From assembly GCA_003427395.1 (NCBI GenBank), contig BFEA01000023.1, forward strand, positions 4,240,961 through 4,304,960: 64,000 bases of DNA, in the 5' to 3' direction. Each line of letters begins with the position of its first letter. Positions within the stretch are counted from its first letter, which is position 1. Under the pieces are notes generated by a model. It saw only the letters and a program-made list of their open reading frames with translations. It searched no databases and was not told the origin of the DNA. This document shows positions 36,120 through 50,483 of the stretch, piece after piece. The DNA comes from Chara braunii. Its lineage: Eukaryota; Plantae; Charophyceae. Both the position numbers and the translations under genes were made by a program.

Positions 36120-36320
36120 GCTACTTTCCTCTTTTCCTTTTTTTTCGGAATAAAGGCCGACAGCGACAGCCTTGGGATATCATCACTGATTGACTGGCCC
36201 CAGGTAAAGTCTAGAGTTATTTCTACTAATCCGCTTCTATCGGCATTCAAACTCGTTCAGCTGTTCGCGGTCTGTATTTCAACAGTTCGTGGGTTGTACC
36301 AGCTGAGCGAGACCAGTGGG
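36120..36320 (-). mobile_element. tRNA-derived SINE (family A), degenerate
   Basis: Shares gtctgtatttcaacagttc, gatatcatca and an A-box-like GCTCAGCTGG with 33670-33871. Confidence 0.7.
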
Positions 36321-37038
36321 TTCCACTGCAATTCGAGTTTTTTGCTCGTTTTGCTGTCCACTGCAGTTGACAGAATAAAGCTCAATGAACATTTTCCCGG
36401 AAACAAACTGCATGGCTGTAACAAAAAGAAAAAGAACTTTAAAGAAGAGCATTGAAAGGTCGCTGACATTGATCTCCAAGTGGACAAATAATAAATGATC
36501 AAAAATCAAAAACAAAAAAGAATAAGCGATGTGAAACAAACATAAAAAGTTAAAAACACCACAGAAGTTGATAAATCCCCAACTGAGAAACCCATCCTCA
36601 GCTCTATTCCGAGACCTCCACTACTACTGGCTTTCACCTGATGAATAGAACACATGGTCGTTATCCCTGTACCGAGGCTGGAAGTTGCCCCAAGTACAGC
36701 TAAAATGACCGTCCGTACCTTCTAGTCAGGTGAAGATGGTAGTCCAAAAAATGGAAAACGAGACACATGAGCTACCCTGATCCTCGTATAAACCACCCAA
36801 ACAAAATTCCAAAAAAAAAACAAACTCCAGCACACGCAGCACATTCACTGAAACTTTCATAAACGTTCAGCAAAAATACGGCCCGAGGTCAACCGCGAGT
36901 GGGATGTGGATGGACAGCCTTATGATGTGCGCAGTGATAAGAAAGGTTGATAGTAACTTGATACTTGAAACCGTTGAATTGAATATTACTAGCTTTTTTA
37001 AAGTTTTTTTAAGTTTTTGCATTTGACTTTCTCCGAGG

Positions 37039-37077
<39 letters not shown>

Positions 37078-37220
37078 CAACTCCACAAATATCGATTAAA
37101 ACTCAAAATCTTGTGTTCGTATAGAACCAAAGATAGGCTTGCCATAAAAAAAAAACTTAATAAAAAGATTCCTCATTGCGAATCTGTGGCAAAGCTATGA
37201 ACAGATGCAAGTAATCCCGA

Positions 37221-37282
<62 letters not shown>

Positions 37283-38517
37283 TGTGTGTGATGTGTACTG
37301 TACTCGCTACAGCTCTGTTCAGGACGGCCTGGTCCACCATCCACAAGACATCCACTGCAACTCACTTTTTGTCTCAAGAAAAAAAAAAAAAAAAACTTTG
37401 CAGACTCGATATCAATGACGGAAGTGCAATCGTGCCCTTCCCTTGCAGGTTGTTTCTTGTGAGGCAAAAGAGAAACCCAAGGTTCAAGCTGAAAATTGAG
37501 TGCGAATGGACTGAGTTAAATTCATCCATCTTAATTTCATAATGGACCGACCGTCACACTGTAGTACCCCATAGTTTGGTGGTTTAATCTCTTAATTTTT
37601 CAAGTCCTACCCGTTAAGCGGCATTGGCTGCAGGGGCGAGGACGGTCGTCCGCCGCACGCCAAAATGAGCCGTGAGAAGTGTGTGTCATATGTATTGTGT
37701 GTCATATGTATTTGCTGAACGCAACTCCATACGAAACGTTCAATATTACTGGCTGTCTCATTGCACTTTCGCCGAGGTCGCACGCGCACGCGTGCACCTG
37801 TGTGTGTGTGTGTGTAGTGTACTCTTTAGTCATAGCATACTACACTACGGCTCCCTTCAGAACAGCCTGACCCGCCTTGACGGCGCCATTGACGGGATAT
37901 CTACCGCAAGTTAGGTCCGCAACCCAATTCTTACTATGTCAATCCTGGAACACAATTCTTGGCATTCCCATCCAACCCATTCCCAACCAATTCTTGACAT
38001 TCCCATCCCTTCTTATGAAATGACAGACCAAACAGCGAGTGGCATCAAAGGGAAAGGTAAGCGAAAGACAGCAAACAGCATACAAGAAACAACCCAAAAG
38101 GCAGCAAGGCGAAAGCCGTGAGGCAGCACATAGTATGAAGGGCATGGGGCAGGCAGGAGGGATAACAACACCCAAGCACACACACAACACACAAGGCAGG
38201 GAAAAGACAACAAGCAACATGCAAGCGAAGTACAAACATAGGATGGAGGGTACGTGGCAGGCAGGAGGGCAGACAACAACAACAACCATGCCCACACACA
38301 ACTCACAAGGCAGAAGTTGCGGCTCCGATCCCCGTCAAGAATCTGAATCCTTATCTTGAAATTCAAGCTCTCTTTACTTCAGTGAATTTTCGGCAATGCC
38401 TAAATATTTCCCTACTAGGCTACTACCACCCTTTCTTAACGTATTTTTTCTTTTTTGAATTCAAATTACTTTATTGAATTTACTATTACTATGGTGGTTT
38501 GTAACCTTTTTGCTAAA

Positions 38518-38621
<104 letters not shown>

Positions 38622-38689
38622 ACTGCCAGGGAAAGGACATATTGATGCTTTTTTGGGTCATGAACCCTTTTGACCCTTGTTGAAAGCAG

Positions 38690-39330
38690 ACTGCCAGCAG
38701 GCGACACGTCAAGTGGAACATAGCAGCAGGCAATGACGGGCAGCATGGCAACAACACAGCGAAGCAGAAGGTGACAATCGCAAGCAGCCAAACAACGTGT
38801 CACAAGCAAATTGAACAGGAAGACGAGGCACACATGGGCAGCAAGGCGGGAGCACCACGTAGCACTAGGCAGGACCAACACTGCCAAACTGCCAAACCAC
38901 ACTACGCATGAGCAAAGTGCACAGGAAGAGAGAGGGCATACGGATGAGCTGCGAGGCAACAGCACAACGGAGCGCAAGGCAAGACCAACAAGCCAGCCAA
39001 ACTGCACGCGACACACCAGCTGCAAAGAACTACATGGGGAGCAAGTGGGATGGGAAGCAAGGCAGCCACAGAGCCTAGAGAAGGCAGTTCACACGTCTAA
39101 CATTGTTCAAAGCAGTACATCACCTACTCACACCACAAGTGACTCCCGCCGACTGTTGGTTCCCACCCCCTGCTGAGCCAGGGAGTCACTCCGATGGACA
39201 TTCTACTATCACCCATAGACCGTATGCGCCATAGACATCAGAGACGGAACCGCCCCCCGTAAGAGTCCTCCAGGCACTCTGAACAACCACCCACCGACTG
39301 TTTAGCACTTCTTAAAGGTGCTCATTCAGA
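38690..39330. repeat. ~630-bp interspersed repeat (second copy ~49765-50382)
   Basis: Shared blocks such as gacgggcagcatggca.caacacagcgaagca, acacaccagctgcaaaga and tacatcacctactcacaccacaagtga. Confidence 0.85.
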
Positions 39331-39401
39331 CAAAGTACGCAAAACAACCAAGAAAAAAGGAGATAGTCCGAAATCAATACACAGTATTACACACATAAAG
39401 A

Positions 39402-39439
<38 letters not shown>

Positions 39440-40144
39440 TGTGCCCTCTTTTTCCGTTCCTGCACTGGAAGTTGTTGACAAATGACTGTTGCGAATTCGT
39501 CAAAAAATGAGGAAGCAGGCGATTAAGGAATGGATAATTGCAAAAAAAACTTTAAAAAAGAACCAAAAAAAGGGAAAAAAAAAGGAAAAAAAAAAAAAAG
39601 GAAAAAGAAGGAATGGAGAAATGCATGTCAACTCTATAATGGACTTCTTTGGAATATTGTGCGGCTTCCACTAACCATTGTCGCTTGGCCAAAATGGGCC
39701 AAAATGGGCCAAAATGGCCAAGCGGAAAGGGTAACAGTGTCGTAAGACTCGTAACACACTTGTGGGGACATGACTTCAAAGTTCTTTCCGCTTGCCCATT
39801 TTGGCCCATTTTGGCCTTGGCCATTTTGGCCCTCGTAATGTAGAGGAACAGTTTGTTGTGGTGTGCGCACACGAAACAGGGATGGGGATGGTACTCCACT
39901 GCTGCAGAACTACAGACAGCTGGAATATAGCCCTTCGACATATCCCTGTATCGTTCGTCTCCGTCTATCTATTGTCACTGACGCGGATTATACACAGGCA
40001 CAGCGCAAACGAACGCAATATGTGGAGAGGGGAAAGGGACTTGTCGGGACACAGACTGAAGAGGGGACAATGGTTTGGCCTATGGGTGAAGCTCAGAACT
40101 GAGTTTTGTTTTTTTCTTTCTTTTTTTTTCCCTTTTTTGCGGGG

Positions 40145-40264
40145 GGACCATTTCTTGATTTATGCGTCTCATCCTTGAGTGTGCAGGGGCCATGCTAATT
40201 AGTAATTACTAATTATCCTTCTCTGTATTGTTCCAATTTTATTTTAACGGATGTCCCGAAGGAC
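40145..40264 (-). pseudogene. U6: Full-length U6 retrocopy with poly(A) and TSD
   Basis: Whole U6 on minus with small insertions; poly(T) on + at ~40104-40138; TSD GTGAAGCTCAGAACTGA (40086-40102) / GCAAAGGTCAGAACTGA (40265-40281) abutting the U6 +1 G. Confidence 0.92.
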
Positions 40265-40559
40265 GCAAAGGTCAGAACTGACAACTTACACGGTTACCCT
40301 CCCCTTTTTTTTATGTTTTTCATTAACTTCAGACGTAGATGCCCGAAGGACGCGAAGGTCAGAACTGACAACTTACACCCACTTACACCCCCTTACACCC
40401 CCTTACACCACCTTACACCCCCTTTTTTGGTGTTTTTCATTTACATCAGACGTAGATGCAACAGGGGGGTTGATACGAGCCTACCCCGGTAGCCACTTTT
40501 CATCAGATGCCTCCTCCTGTCTATTGGTTGGGAGCATCGCCTGCTAGAACAGACAAACT

Positions 40560-41619
40560 TGAAACTGACTCCGATCACTTGTAGACAGACTGTTGCATAC
40601 CGTATAGGTGCAGACCAGAACAAGAACCGACCTTTCAATACGAAGTATAAGATAGCACAGCGGAAGACTTAGATACTAGTGATCCGAACAATCAATGTTG
40701 TAATGCAGCCCTGAACATACATCATCATCATCNTTTCATAGTGTGAATGGGTCTGGCGCTGCACACAGGAAGACAGCGCCAGCCCAGAACATGCACAGAC
40801 GAGGAGGAAGGGGATAGACGAAGAGGAGGGGGAAGATGGGAATGTCGTCAACACCAANTNTNNNNCACAAGCCCAAATAGTCCCTCGTCGAACTGTCTGA
40901 ATCCCAAATGTCAAGTCTGGATCCAATGTCGTCAAGTCTCAAGTCACAACTCTGTCTCTCTCTGTCGTAGTCGGAGAAGTCAGGTGGCGAGAGGGTGAGA
41001 AGAGAAAGGTGGACTTAGAAGAGGAAGAAGAAGATCTCTCTCTCTCTCTGTGTCCAGTACTAACCTGTGAAGTTGGCGCCTTGATGCAGGTACCACGAAG
41101 CTGGAGCTGGAGCGATGGCGCCACAGGTAAGTAACACTGGCCTCCGCCAGTCTCTCTCCACTCCACGATCTACTATCTACCAGCGCCCAGCGCTGAAGAC
41201 TACAGCTACAGCTATGGCGCCCAGCGCCGAAGACTACAGCTAGCGCTACCACTACTGCCTAGCGCTGAAGACTACTGCAGCGCTCCTCCTGAGTGCTGCG
41301 GCCGAATCCTGAAGACTACCTCTGCCTACTGGTGAAGTGCATGGGAACCTCCTATGTACTACGGGTGTGCCTCTTGAGCCTGCCGAAGGAAGGCAGGGGC
41401 TGCAGCTGCAGCTCCTGCTCGAGCACGTGAGGAACAGGCTATTTTGGGCCTGTTCCGCATCCCTGTTTCCGTGCCTGAGTCTTAGGGGCAGGTCGAGACA
41501 ATGAGGGCCTGAAAATGGCCCTCCGTTTCAGGCTGAAAACTCTGGGTCTGAAAAGACCCAGAAATAGGCTGAAACGAGGTAGGGCCTGCAGGCCCTCGTT
41601 TTTCAGCATCCAGGCTGAA
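40560..41619. repeat. LTR-like repeat running into a gap; inverted copy at 63336-64000
   Basis: 41064-41619 is the near-identical reverse complement of 63429-64000. TG...CA termini are inferred from 40560 (TGAAACTGAC) and 63336 (TGTGGCATAC). Confidence 0.7.
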
Positions 41620-43396
41620 ANNNNNNNNNNNNNNNNNNNNNNNNNNNNNNNNNNNNNNNNNNNNNNNNNNNNNNNNNNNNNNNNNNNNNNNNNNNNNNNN
41701 NNNNNNNNNNNNNNNNNNNNNNNNNNNNNNNNNNNNNNNNNNNNNNNNNNNNNNNNNNNNNNNNNNNNNNNNNNNNNNNNNNNNNNNNNNNNNNNNNNNN
41801 NNNNNNNNNNNNNNNNNNNNNNNNNNNNNNNNNNNNNNNNNNNNNNNNNNNNNNNNNNNNNNNNNNNNNNNNNNNNNNNNNNNNNNNNNNNNNNNNNNNN
41901 NNNNNNNNNNNNNNNNNNNNNNNNNNNNNNNNNNNNNNNNNNNNNNNNNNNNNNNNNNNNNNNNNNNNNNNNNNNNNNNNNNNNNNNNNNNNNNNNNNNN
42001 NNNNNNNNNNNNNNNNNNNNNNNNNNNNNNNNNNNNNNNNNNNNNNNNNNNNNNNNNNNNNNNNNNNNNNNNNNNNNNNNNNNNNNNNNNNNNNNGTTTG
42101 TGGTCTGAAGGGTGGCCCTCTTCAGTCCCGCTGCTGGGCGCCAGATGTCAGTCGCTGTGAACTTCTTCTAGTCCCCCTCGTGTCCTTGCTGAAGGCAGCT
42201 AAATCATCTCCTAAACGTGACTTAGGTGATATATCTGTTCACCGAGACAAATGATCAATCGCTGAAAGTGGGCCGGTGATTGGCTGGCTGATCTGTGGTG
42301 TATGTCTGATTTGCCAGCTTCCTAAATGTGACTCTTTTTTTTTTTTGTATCTGTTCACCACGACAAATGCTTGCTTCATAAATCTGAGTATGTACGACTA
42401 TGTACGAGGACAAAGAGGCTTTTGAAAGAGAGGGGAAGGTGATTGGCTGATGTGAGTAGGTTTGAACTGCCACCTTCGTAACCATGATTTTTTTTTATCT
42501 GTTGACCAACGCAAATTCGGAATTCCAACTTTCTAAATGTGGACGTTGAGTGTATAGACAAAAAGAGAAGGTGATTGGGGCTGATGATGTGTGTAGGTTT
42601 TCAAGTTTTTAGGTTTTTAAGTTTTAACCAACACAAATGCCGACTTCCTGTGTGCGACTTCGATCTGTTAATCCACACAGGACAGGAGGCTGAAAGCGAC
42701 AAGGTATTAAGGTGTGAAGTTGTGAGACACAAATGACGATTTCCTAAGTGTGACTTCGATCTGTTAACCCACACAAATGCACAGGAGGCTGAAAGAGAGA
42801 AGGGAAGGTGTGGGGGTTTGAACCTCCCAACCTTCGAAAATGTGACTTCCATCTGTTAGCACTAACGCAAGGGACTACGTCAGCACAGGAGGCTGAAAGA
42901 GGGAAGCCGTGGAGGTCTGCACCGCCGAAGGGACTTTCGAAATGTGACTTTCTATCTTTTAACCAACACGATTGGACTGTTTCAGTCTTATCATCATCCT
43001 TCTCCTCGGTTGAAGAGCCGAAACCAAAATCTGTGTCCCTCGCTTGAGTGGGCCTTCCCTTGCATCGACGACATCACTTCACTCCTGTTGAAGGACTCTC
43101 CCCTCTGGCGGAGTGACATCGCTGTGTCCCTTTTCGAGGGACGCATTTCGTAGAAAGCGCACGTTGACCCCAGCCAAGCGATGTTGAGCATGCATGTGCA
43201 CTCAGCGATGTTGAGCATGCATGTGCACTCTCGAACGGAAGGTTGATGGCCAAGGAGGCGGTGGGCAAACACACACACACACACAAAATGTTGAGAAAGA
43301 ACGCGTGTAGCAGATGATGCTAGATGCCACAGTCTCTAAATCTTGAGAGTTCGTACTTAACGACGTCAACGTGCGTTTTTTGTATCTGTTGTGCAG

Positions 43397-43780
43397 TGTG
43401 ATGATGTCAGAGCAATGGAGCAGAGACTACAGGAACTGGGGGTAAGATACGTAAAGCAGATTGTGCGCGATGGCGATATATTCGTTGAGCAACTCTTCTT
43501 CCATGACCCAGATGGACATATGGTTGAGATCTGCAATTGCGAAGCTTTTCCGATTGTTCCCCTTGTGAGTGCCGGGAGCAATAATCAGGGGATGCAGAGT
43601 CAGCTTTCTTCTTCCTTTGGTGGATGCAATGGGACTAGTGCCAACAGTGTACCCCCGGTTGAGCAAAGCTGGGAATATGGAAGGAAGAAGGGACCACGCG
43701 ATTCCATTGATCAGAACTGGGAGCATTCGAGGGCAGCCATGGTCTCCGTCGGAGGAGAGAACTATGCTTCTTGCGCTTGA
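43397..43780 (+). CDS. Terminal exon of the VOC / glyoxalase-I-like gene
   Basis: gtgcag|TGT GAT encodes CDDVRAMEQRLQELGVRYVKQIVRDGDIFVEQLFFHDPDGHMVEICNC, the conserved QLFFHDPDGxMxEICNC motif. Phase 0 joins in frame to the exon ending HISFQ. Confidence 0.93.
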   Translation, partial: CDDVRAMEQRLQELGVRYVKQIVRDGDIFVEQLFFHDPDGHMVEICNCEAFPIVPLVSAGSNNQGMQSQLSSSFGGCNGTSANSVPPVEQSWEYGRKKGPRDSIDQNWEHSRAAMVSVGGENYASCA

Positions 43781-43992
43781 TATAGGGTATATGGGAGCAA
43801 ACACCCTGTAAAGTGGAACTCGTGGAACTCGTGGGACTTGCGGGACTCGCGGGACTTGGAAGTTGAAGTTGGAGCAGGGGGACCATCCCAGGACCACCAT
43901 AGTCCCCAGGATCACCATAGTCTCCAATGGCATGTCGCTAAAAATGACCTTTTTTTTTTTTTACTGCTCGAAAGCAAGTGTCCCAAATTTCC

Positions 43993-44036
<44 letters not shown>

Positions 44037-44569
44037 TGTGTGTTGTTTTTGGACCTATACTACTACACAGTAGTACACACCTAGAAGGAGCGCCGCTTCA
44101 CGAGCAAAGGTCGTAGAATGTGCAGAAGTGCTAGATCATGCCTTAGACACGTAGAGTGATGATGTTTATCCGACTGCAAGCGTTAATAGCCTTTAAGGCG
44201 TGATTTGGTACGACTGTTTTGTACATTTTATGGCCTCAGGACAAAGGGATGCAGCTCGTAAAACGGCATTCCGTATAGGCTTGCAGCAGGGACTGTAGTG
44301 GTTCAAGACGATGCACAAAAAAGTGGGAAATTTTGGACATTTAATATCATGCAATTGCCAAAAAAATTGTCATTTTTAACGCGAATCGACGCAGGAATGC
44401 AGCCTATGGGCAAAAGACAGCATGGTGGTAGGACCAATGCTCCAGTGGATGCAATTGATTGGAGGCGAGGGCGTACAAGGTTGGCGATAGGCTCTGATTT
44501 GAAGTAGATCCACAGCTACAATTCAACCCCATGTGGGATTATGCTGCTGAATCGACGCAGGAATGCAGA

Positions 44570-44970
44570 CGATGATGGGTCAAATAGCCAGGATGGTGGG
44601 AGGAGGAATGTGGATCCGGGGATGCGACGGATAGGACGTGAGGGCGTGCAAGGGCGGCCGTAGTTTCTGTTTTGAGGGTATGCGATTGGTCGGACGTGTG
44701 GGCATGCGAGGGCGGCCGTAGTCTTCCCTTCCGAGGCAACTCCACAGGAACAATGCAGCCGCATTTCAAGCCGACGATGGGTCAAATAGCCAGGATGGTG
44801 GGAGGAGCAATGTGGATCCGGGGATGCGACGGATCGGACATGCGGGCGTGCAAGGGCGGCCGTAGTCTCTGTTTCGAGGGTATGCGATTGATCGGACGTG
44901 TGGGCATGCGAGGGCGGCTGTAGTCTCCCCTTCCGAGGCAACTCCACAGGAACAATGCAGCTGCGTTTCC
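44570..44970. repeat. ~200-bp tandem duplication
   Basis: gatgggtcaaatagccaggatggtgggagga...ccgaggcaactccacaggaacaatgcagc occurs twice. Confidence 0.9.
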
Positions 44971-45765
44971 GCATTTCACGTTTGGTGTTACGGTAGAGGG
45001 TGTGATCACTGTGATGTACAAATTTGGATTCAATGCAGGGACTGACCTGTTTCTTTCATATAGTGCCCCCCGAGATCGGAGAGTGTTTCCCGATTTTTAA
45101 TCCTCTTGTGGGGGGCACTTTCGTTTTGTAAGAGTGTGGAGTTTTTTTCTAAAATAGGAATAGGAAGTCGTGGCAATGCATGCGTGCAACCTGAGGTCGG
45201 CATTACTCTTTTGAGTCTTTTCAGCCAATAACAAGTTTGTCAGCCTGGTTCTCAGGAGAACTGGTGCGAGGCAAAATTAATGGGTCGGCATACGAGAGAG
45301 TGAAGGTGAAGCTGGGGCATTCACCGAGACAATGGAAGAGGTTGGGCACCTGATGTGCCTGCAATACAAGGGAGACCTTATGTGCCTTCCTCCCCGGCTC
45401 GTTTCTGCTGTCCCAGCAGTGCTCAGCTGGATAATTATAGGCTGATAGCTGCAGCATATCGGGATTTCGTCAGGATGCAGGCTTTTGCAGGGGTGTCGGT
45501 CAGATGGCATACTGGAAATGTTCACATCTTTTGACTGTTGGGGCTTTGTCGGAACGTAGCGGCTTGTAACGGGGTGTTGCATGCCTCGCTCATGGAGATG
45601 TAGACACTTTAATTCACCAGACTATGCCTCGCTCATGGAGATGTAGACACTTTAATTCACCAGACTATGTAATGGTGTATCGGCATGGCCGGTTGACATG
45701 TTGATGGGCTCTGTCATGCCACGTATGGCATATCACAGCCTGGCATCTACCCACCTGCCTGTCTG

Positions 45766-45831
<66 letters not shown>

Positions 45832-45949
45832 NNNNNNNNNNNNNNNNNNNNNNNNNNNNNNNNNNNNNNNNNNNNNNNNNNNNNNNNNNNNNNNNNGTGT
45901 GCATGCGTGAGAGAGAGAGACACAGAGACACAGACAGAGAGACAGACAG

Positions 45950-46033
<84 letters not shown>

Positions 46034-46439
46034 GGGATGGAGATGGCGGCATCCAAGAGTCTGTAATTGACATAGCCAGTATGGACATCTTTTGTTTCTA
46101 TTTTTTTGTGATACGGCTGTTGGTGCTCTATAACATGGATGTTTTCAAGTGTGTATCAACTTACTATCAAGTAGATGCATGTGCACTGTGCAGGCACTTG
46201 CGTGCTCAGCCACGCCGATTTGGCGGAACCTCGCAATTGTGATGGTCGTTACACTGTGCTCAACCTCACAGAGTTGGAGAACCTTGCTCTTGTGATTGCT
46301 CCCCTGAGTCCCTCCCCTTGTTTTCAAGAGTGGTCGGTGTCATTCTGTTCACCTATTATTTCGTGGAATGGAATTTGTCCTCTTTTGTCTTATGTGGCGG
46401 TTTGCAAATGTGCACACAACAGTGCATAAAATAGCACTG

Positions 46440-46885
46440 TAAAATGAACATGGACAGCGAGTACTCAGAAACGAACATGGGCGCATACGGCCGCCCTTGC
46501 ACAGTACTTATTTAAGGTGTGCACGGTTGCATGTGTTGTAGGACGCCAAGTGCGCGAAAACGAACATGGACACACCATATGGACCGTACGGCCTTGATCG
46601 TTAATCGTTTAAGGTGCATGCTTGCATGTCTTGTCGGAGGCCGAGCACTCGAAAATAAACGTGGCCTTGATTTGTAAATCATTTAAGGTGCACGGCTGCA
46701 TGTTTTGTAGGACGCCGAGCACGCGAAAAACGAACATGGACGCATACAGCCTTGCGCGGTGCGCGGTATTCATTTAAGGTGCACGGGTGCATTTCTTGTA
46801 GGAGCACGAGCACTCAAACACGAACGAGGACATATATGGCCTTGATTGTTCATCGTTTAAGGTGCGGGGTTGCATGTCTTGCAGA
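46440..46885. repeat. Degenerate ~65-90-bp tandem repeat
   Basis: aaacgaacatgga...tttaaggtgca...gcatgt recurs about five times. Confidence 0.8.
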
Positions 46886-47465
46886 AGGTGGGTCCTGGGA
46901 ACCAGATTTTTTTTTATTTTTTTTTTATAAAGAACAAACTTTATTAGCAAAAAAGCCTGGAACCAGGCCCGGCATCCCTCACAAAGTTCGCCGCAGCACT
47001 CAGGTTGAGCAAGGCTCTCCGGCCAAGCAGAGCCCGGGCCACGACTGTGACACAAATCTAGCCCCTTTCTCTCATGTATGCCCGATTACTCCACTGCCCA
47101 AGCATCTGCCTAACTCTTGTGGCAGAAACCTTCATACTAACACTATGTGTAGTTGGTCTATCATCGATCCTTCTTCCAAAGTCTAAACCACCAGTACCTT
47201 TGCCCGCTTGAAATCCAAGACGCGCCGGGTAGTGTGGTAGCCAAGCAGGGGAGGGCCGCTTTTGATAAATCGAATCGCCTTTGAACACCCTATTTCAAGT
47301 GTGTCAGAAAAGAGAACAATACCAAAACTCATCTTTGCATAACAGAGTACAAGACATGACACAGCAAAAGCATTTATGATAGTGAAACAACACACTTTGC
47401 TTGAATCGCTGGTCAGTACAAGTCACCTTTATTTATTTATTTTTCCTGCTAAGATTGCAGGGGTG

Positions 47466-47610
47466 TTTTTTTTTTTTTTGAAAGAAACGCGCCCACCAGT
47501 GTTAGTGGTGCTGGTAAGAGCAGACACCACTAGCACCTGCTGGGGAGAGGCTCCATCTATTGGTTGGGAGCATCACCTGGTGGAAAGCGGGTCCACCGTC
47601 CCTTATACAG
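47466..47610 (-). mobile_element. 3' end of the stem-loop retroelement
   Basis: Poly(T), hairpin TGTTAGTGGTG...CACCACTAGCA, and the shared ctccatctattgg..gggagc motif. Confidence 0.8.
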
Positions 47611-48717
47611 ACTGAATTTGGAGTACATCAACTGAATTTTGGGAGTACATCAGAAAAAATTATGGAGTGTTCCTGCCAGCATTGATTGCCCTGGGATCCA
47701 CGGGATTGACTGAGCAGGCTATTGGAAAGAAGGGGGAACCTCTTCACCCTGCATTTGGCGCCGGATACACAGCTACACGCTAGCTCCTCCCTCCCCCTAA
47801 GCCATACTGAAATCATACTAGCATCTCCCCCCCTTTTAATCTCCGGACGCCCCCATCATTCTCAGGAGGCTCCATCTATTGGTGGGGAGCGGCACCTGCT
47901 GGCATTCTTGGCAAACAGAGATAGAGATGTTCTCCTACAGGCCTTCTATCGTGACGTACCCCGGAGCTGTACTTACACGCCCGCCGAGCGGCCTATTGAA
48001 GATCCCTAAACCGCTGGGCATGCTGCCGTCCTGCCAGCATTGATTACCCGCAGGAGTGAAATATTAACTTTCTCGTTTTCACCATTCACCGTCCTCCTCC
48101 TCCCTTTTCTTCTTCTTCTTCTTCTTCTTCGTCGTCGTCGTCGTGGTTGTCGTCGTCATCGTCGTCGTCTTCCATGTGCCCCGTCTTTCAATAATTCGAT
48201 AATGATATAGGAATTTAGGAAATTAATGTTATTGTTATTATTATAGTAAAATTGAAGCTCACTTAAGCAGTCGGGATGATAGTCTGGTCTCAGTACCTCC
48301 ATGTCTGTCTTGTCACTCTTAGTCTTCTCTGCTTGTGATCAGATGGCTACCGTTTTCACCCGAATAGACTGGGCAGGCGGGCGGGGAGCGAGCACATCTG
48401 GGTATTGATATCCGTCTTTCTGGCGCTGCCAGTTGTAAATGGGTACAAGGAGCCGAGTGATGTGCCTGCTGACTTTTTCTGAGGCAGTATCCTCCGGGGG
48501 GGGGGGGGGAAATCCCAGGCTGGGTATCGATATCAATCTTTTCTTTCCCTTCTGGGCCGGGGGTGGAATATATACATGGAATATACATTCTTTCTGGCAC
48601 TGCCAGTTGTAAATGGGTGCAGGGAGCCAAGTGTTGTGTGGGTTTTCACTTTGCTCCAGGAGCTGTTCGGCTTGGCCATGATGGTGCTGTCGGTGCTGCT
48701 TCGCTGTCGCCATATTG

Positions 48718-48928
48718 ACGAAGGGGTGCACGGCACGGAAATCAGAGACGGGGTGCACGGCACCAAAATCAGAGAAGGGGTGCGGCACCAAAATCAGAGA
48801 AGGGGTGCACGGCACCAAAATCAGAGAAGGGGTGCACGGCACCGAAATCGGAGAAGGGGTGCACGGCACCGAAATCAGAGAAGGGGTGCATGGCACCAAA
48901 ATCAGAGAATGGGGTGCATGGCACCGAA
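48718..48928. repeat. 27-bp minisatellite
   Basis: gagaaggggtgcacggcacc(a/g)aaatca repeated ~7-8 times. It explains the repetitive ORFs in the track. Confidence 0.95.
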
Positions 48929-49024
48929 AAAAAGACAATCAATTTGAAATTTGAATCAAATGTCTGCCTTCCGGGTTGTTTGAGGGTGCGGCTGATGTCC
49001 ACTAAGGTAGTTGTCAGTTCAGCA

Positions 49025-49058
<34 letters not shown>

Positions 49059-49642
49059 TTTTTTTTATGTTATAAGTTACATGACAATGACAATTAATTT
49101 GTTTTTTATGTGGATACTGAATACTAGGAAGAAAAAAAATCGCACGTGCCAACCCGCACAAAAAGAGGGAAAATGAACTGCCCGGTGCCCAGGATTTAGC
49201 ATGGCAACTGGCCGGGGGAGGAATTAATTTTTAATAATACGCATGAAAACTGGTGGGGAAATAGTACCCAGGCTTGGCGGCTTTGAGCAGGGCTAATCGC
49301 CTGCAAGAGTGTGTGTGCGTGTACTGCAACCTTGAAGGGGATGGGGTGGATATCAAGGCCGGTATGATTCCTCATTAGAACATGGGTCACGGTTGCAGTG
49401 GTTCAGCCGTCTTGCTGTTTAGCTCATGATCGCTGGTTCGATTCCTTGGAGGGTCGTTTGTTCCAACAACATGGTTATATACTATATACTACATACCCAC
49501 GCCACACACACACACACGCAAACTGCTGTTCTTGTCAGGACAATGCAAAAAACGAAAAGGTGCCAAGCCAAACAGTAGCAAGGCAAAACACAGCAAACCA
49601 GAAAAGAACACGAGTACTGAAAAATTAAACACACAAACGCGT

Positions 49643-49740
49643 GTCCTTTGGGACATCCGCTAAAACTGGAACGGTACGGAGAAGGAAGATTAGCATGGCC
49701 CCTGCACAACGATGACACGCACAAATCGAGAAATGGTCCA
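49643..49740 (+). pseudogene. U6: Full-length diverged U6 retrocopy with poly(A)
   Basis: GTCCTTTGGGACATCCGCTAAAACTGGAACGGTACGGAGAAGGAAGATTAGCATGGCCCCTGCACAACGATGACACGCACAAATCGAGAAATGGTCCA plus an A tail. The ACAGAGA box is mutated, so it is likely non-functional. Confidence 0.92.
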
Positions 49741-50483
49741 CAAGAGAAAAAAAAAAAAAAAACCTCCATACTGCCACCAGGCATCACCACAAGCGGAACA
49801 TAGCAGCAGGCAACGACTCAGCGAAGCACCAGGCAACGCTGCCGGGGCAACCCAACTGCAAAGCGCCATGGGCATCGCTAACTGCATGGAACGACAGTGT
49901 AAGCAGACGGGCAGCATGGCAGCAACACAGCGAAGCACAAGGCGACACTGCCAACCAGCCAAACCACACGGCACATGAGCAAAGTGCACACGAAGACAAG
50001 GCACACAGATGGGCAGCAAGGCAACAATGCAGCGGAGCTCAAGGAAACGCCAACAACGCAGCCAAACTACACGGGAACACACCAGCTGCAAAGAGCGCCA
50101 TGGGGGGTAAGCGGTATGGGCAGCGAGGAAGCTTTGGAGCTTAGACAAGGCAGTAAACATATCCAACACGGAGGAAAGCAATACATCACCTACTCACACC
50201 ACAAGTGAACGCCGCAGACTGGTGGTCCCAACCAGTCGCTGAGCCGGGGAGTCACTGTGACGAGCATCCATCATCACCCATAGGTCACACATCCATCCTG
50301 AACCAAGCAGTGCCCCTAATAATGCAGCAGGCACTCCAAACGAGGAACGACCAACCATTTGGCTCTTAGAGGTGCTCACTTAAACGCGCAAAAAGAAAAA
50401 TAATAGAAGCAAAAGAGAGAAAAAACAGGAAGGAAGACAGACAAAAAGACATATATCAAACTCTGTGTGTGTGTGTGTGTGTG

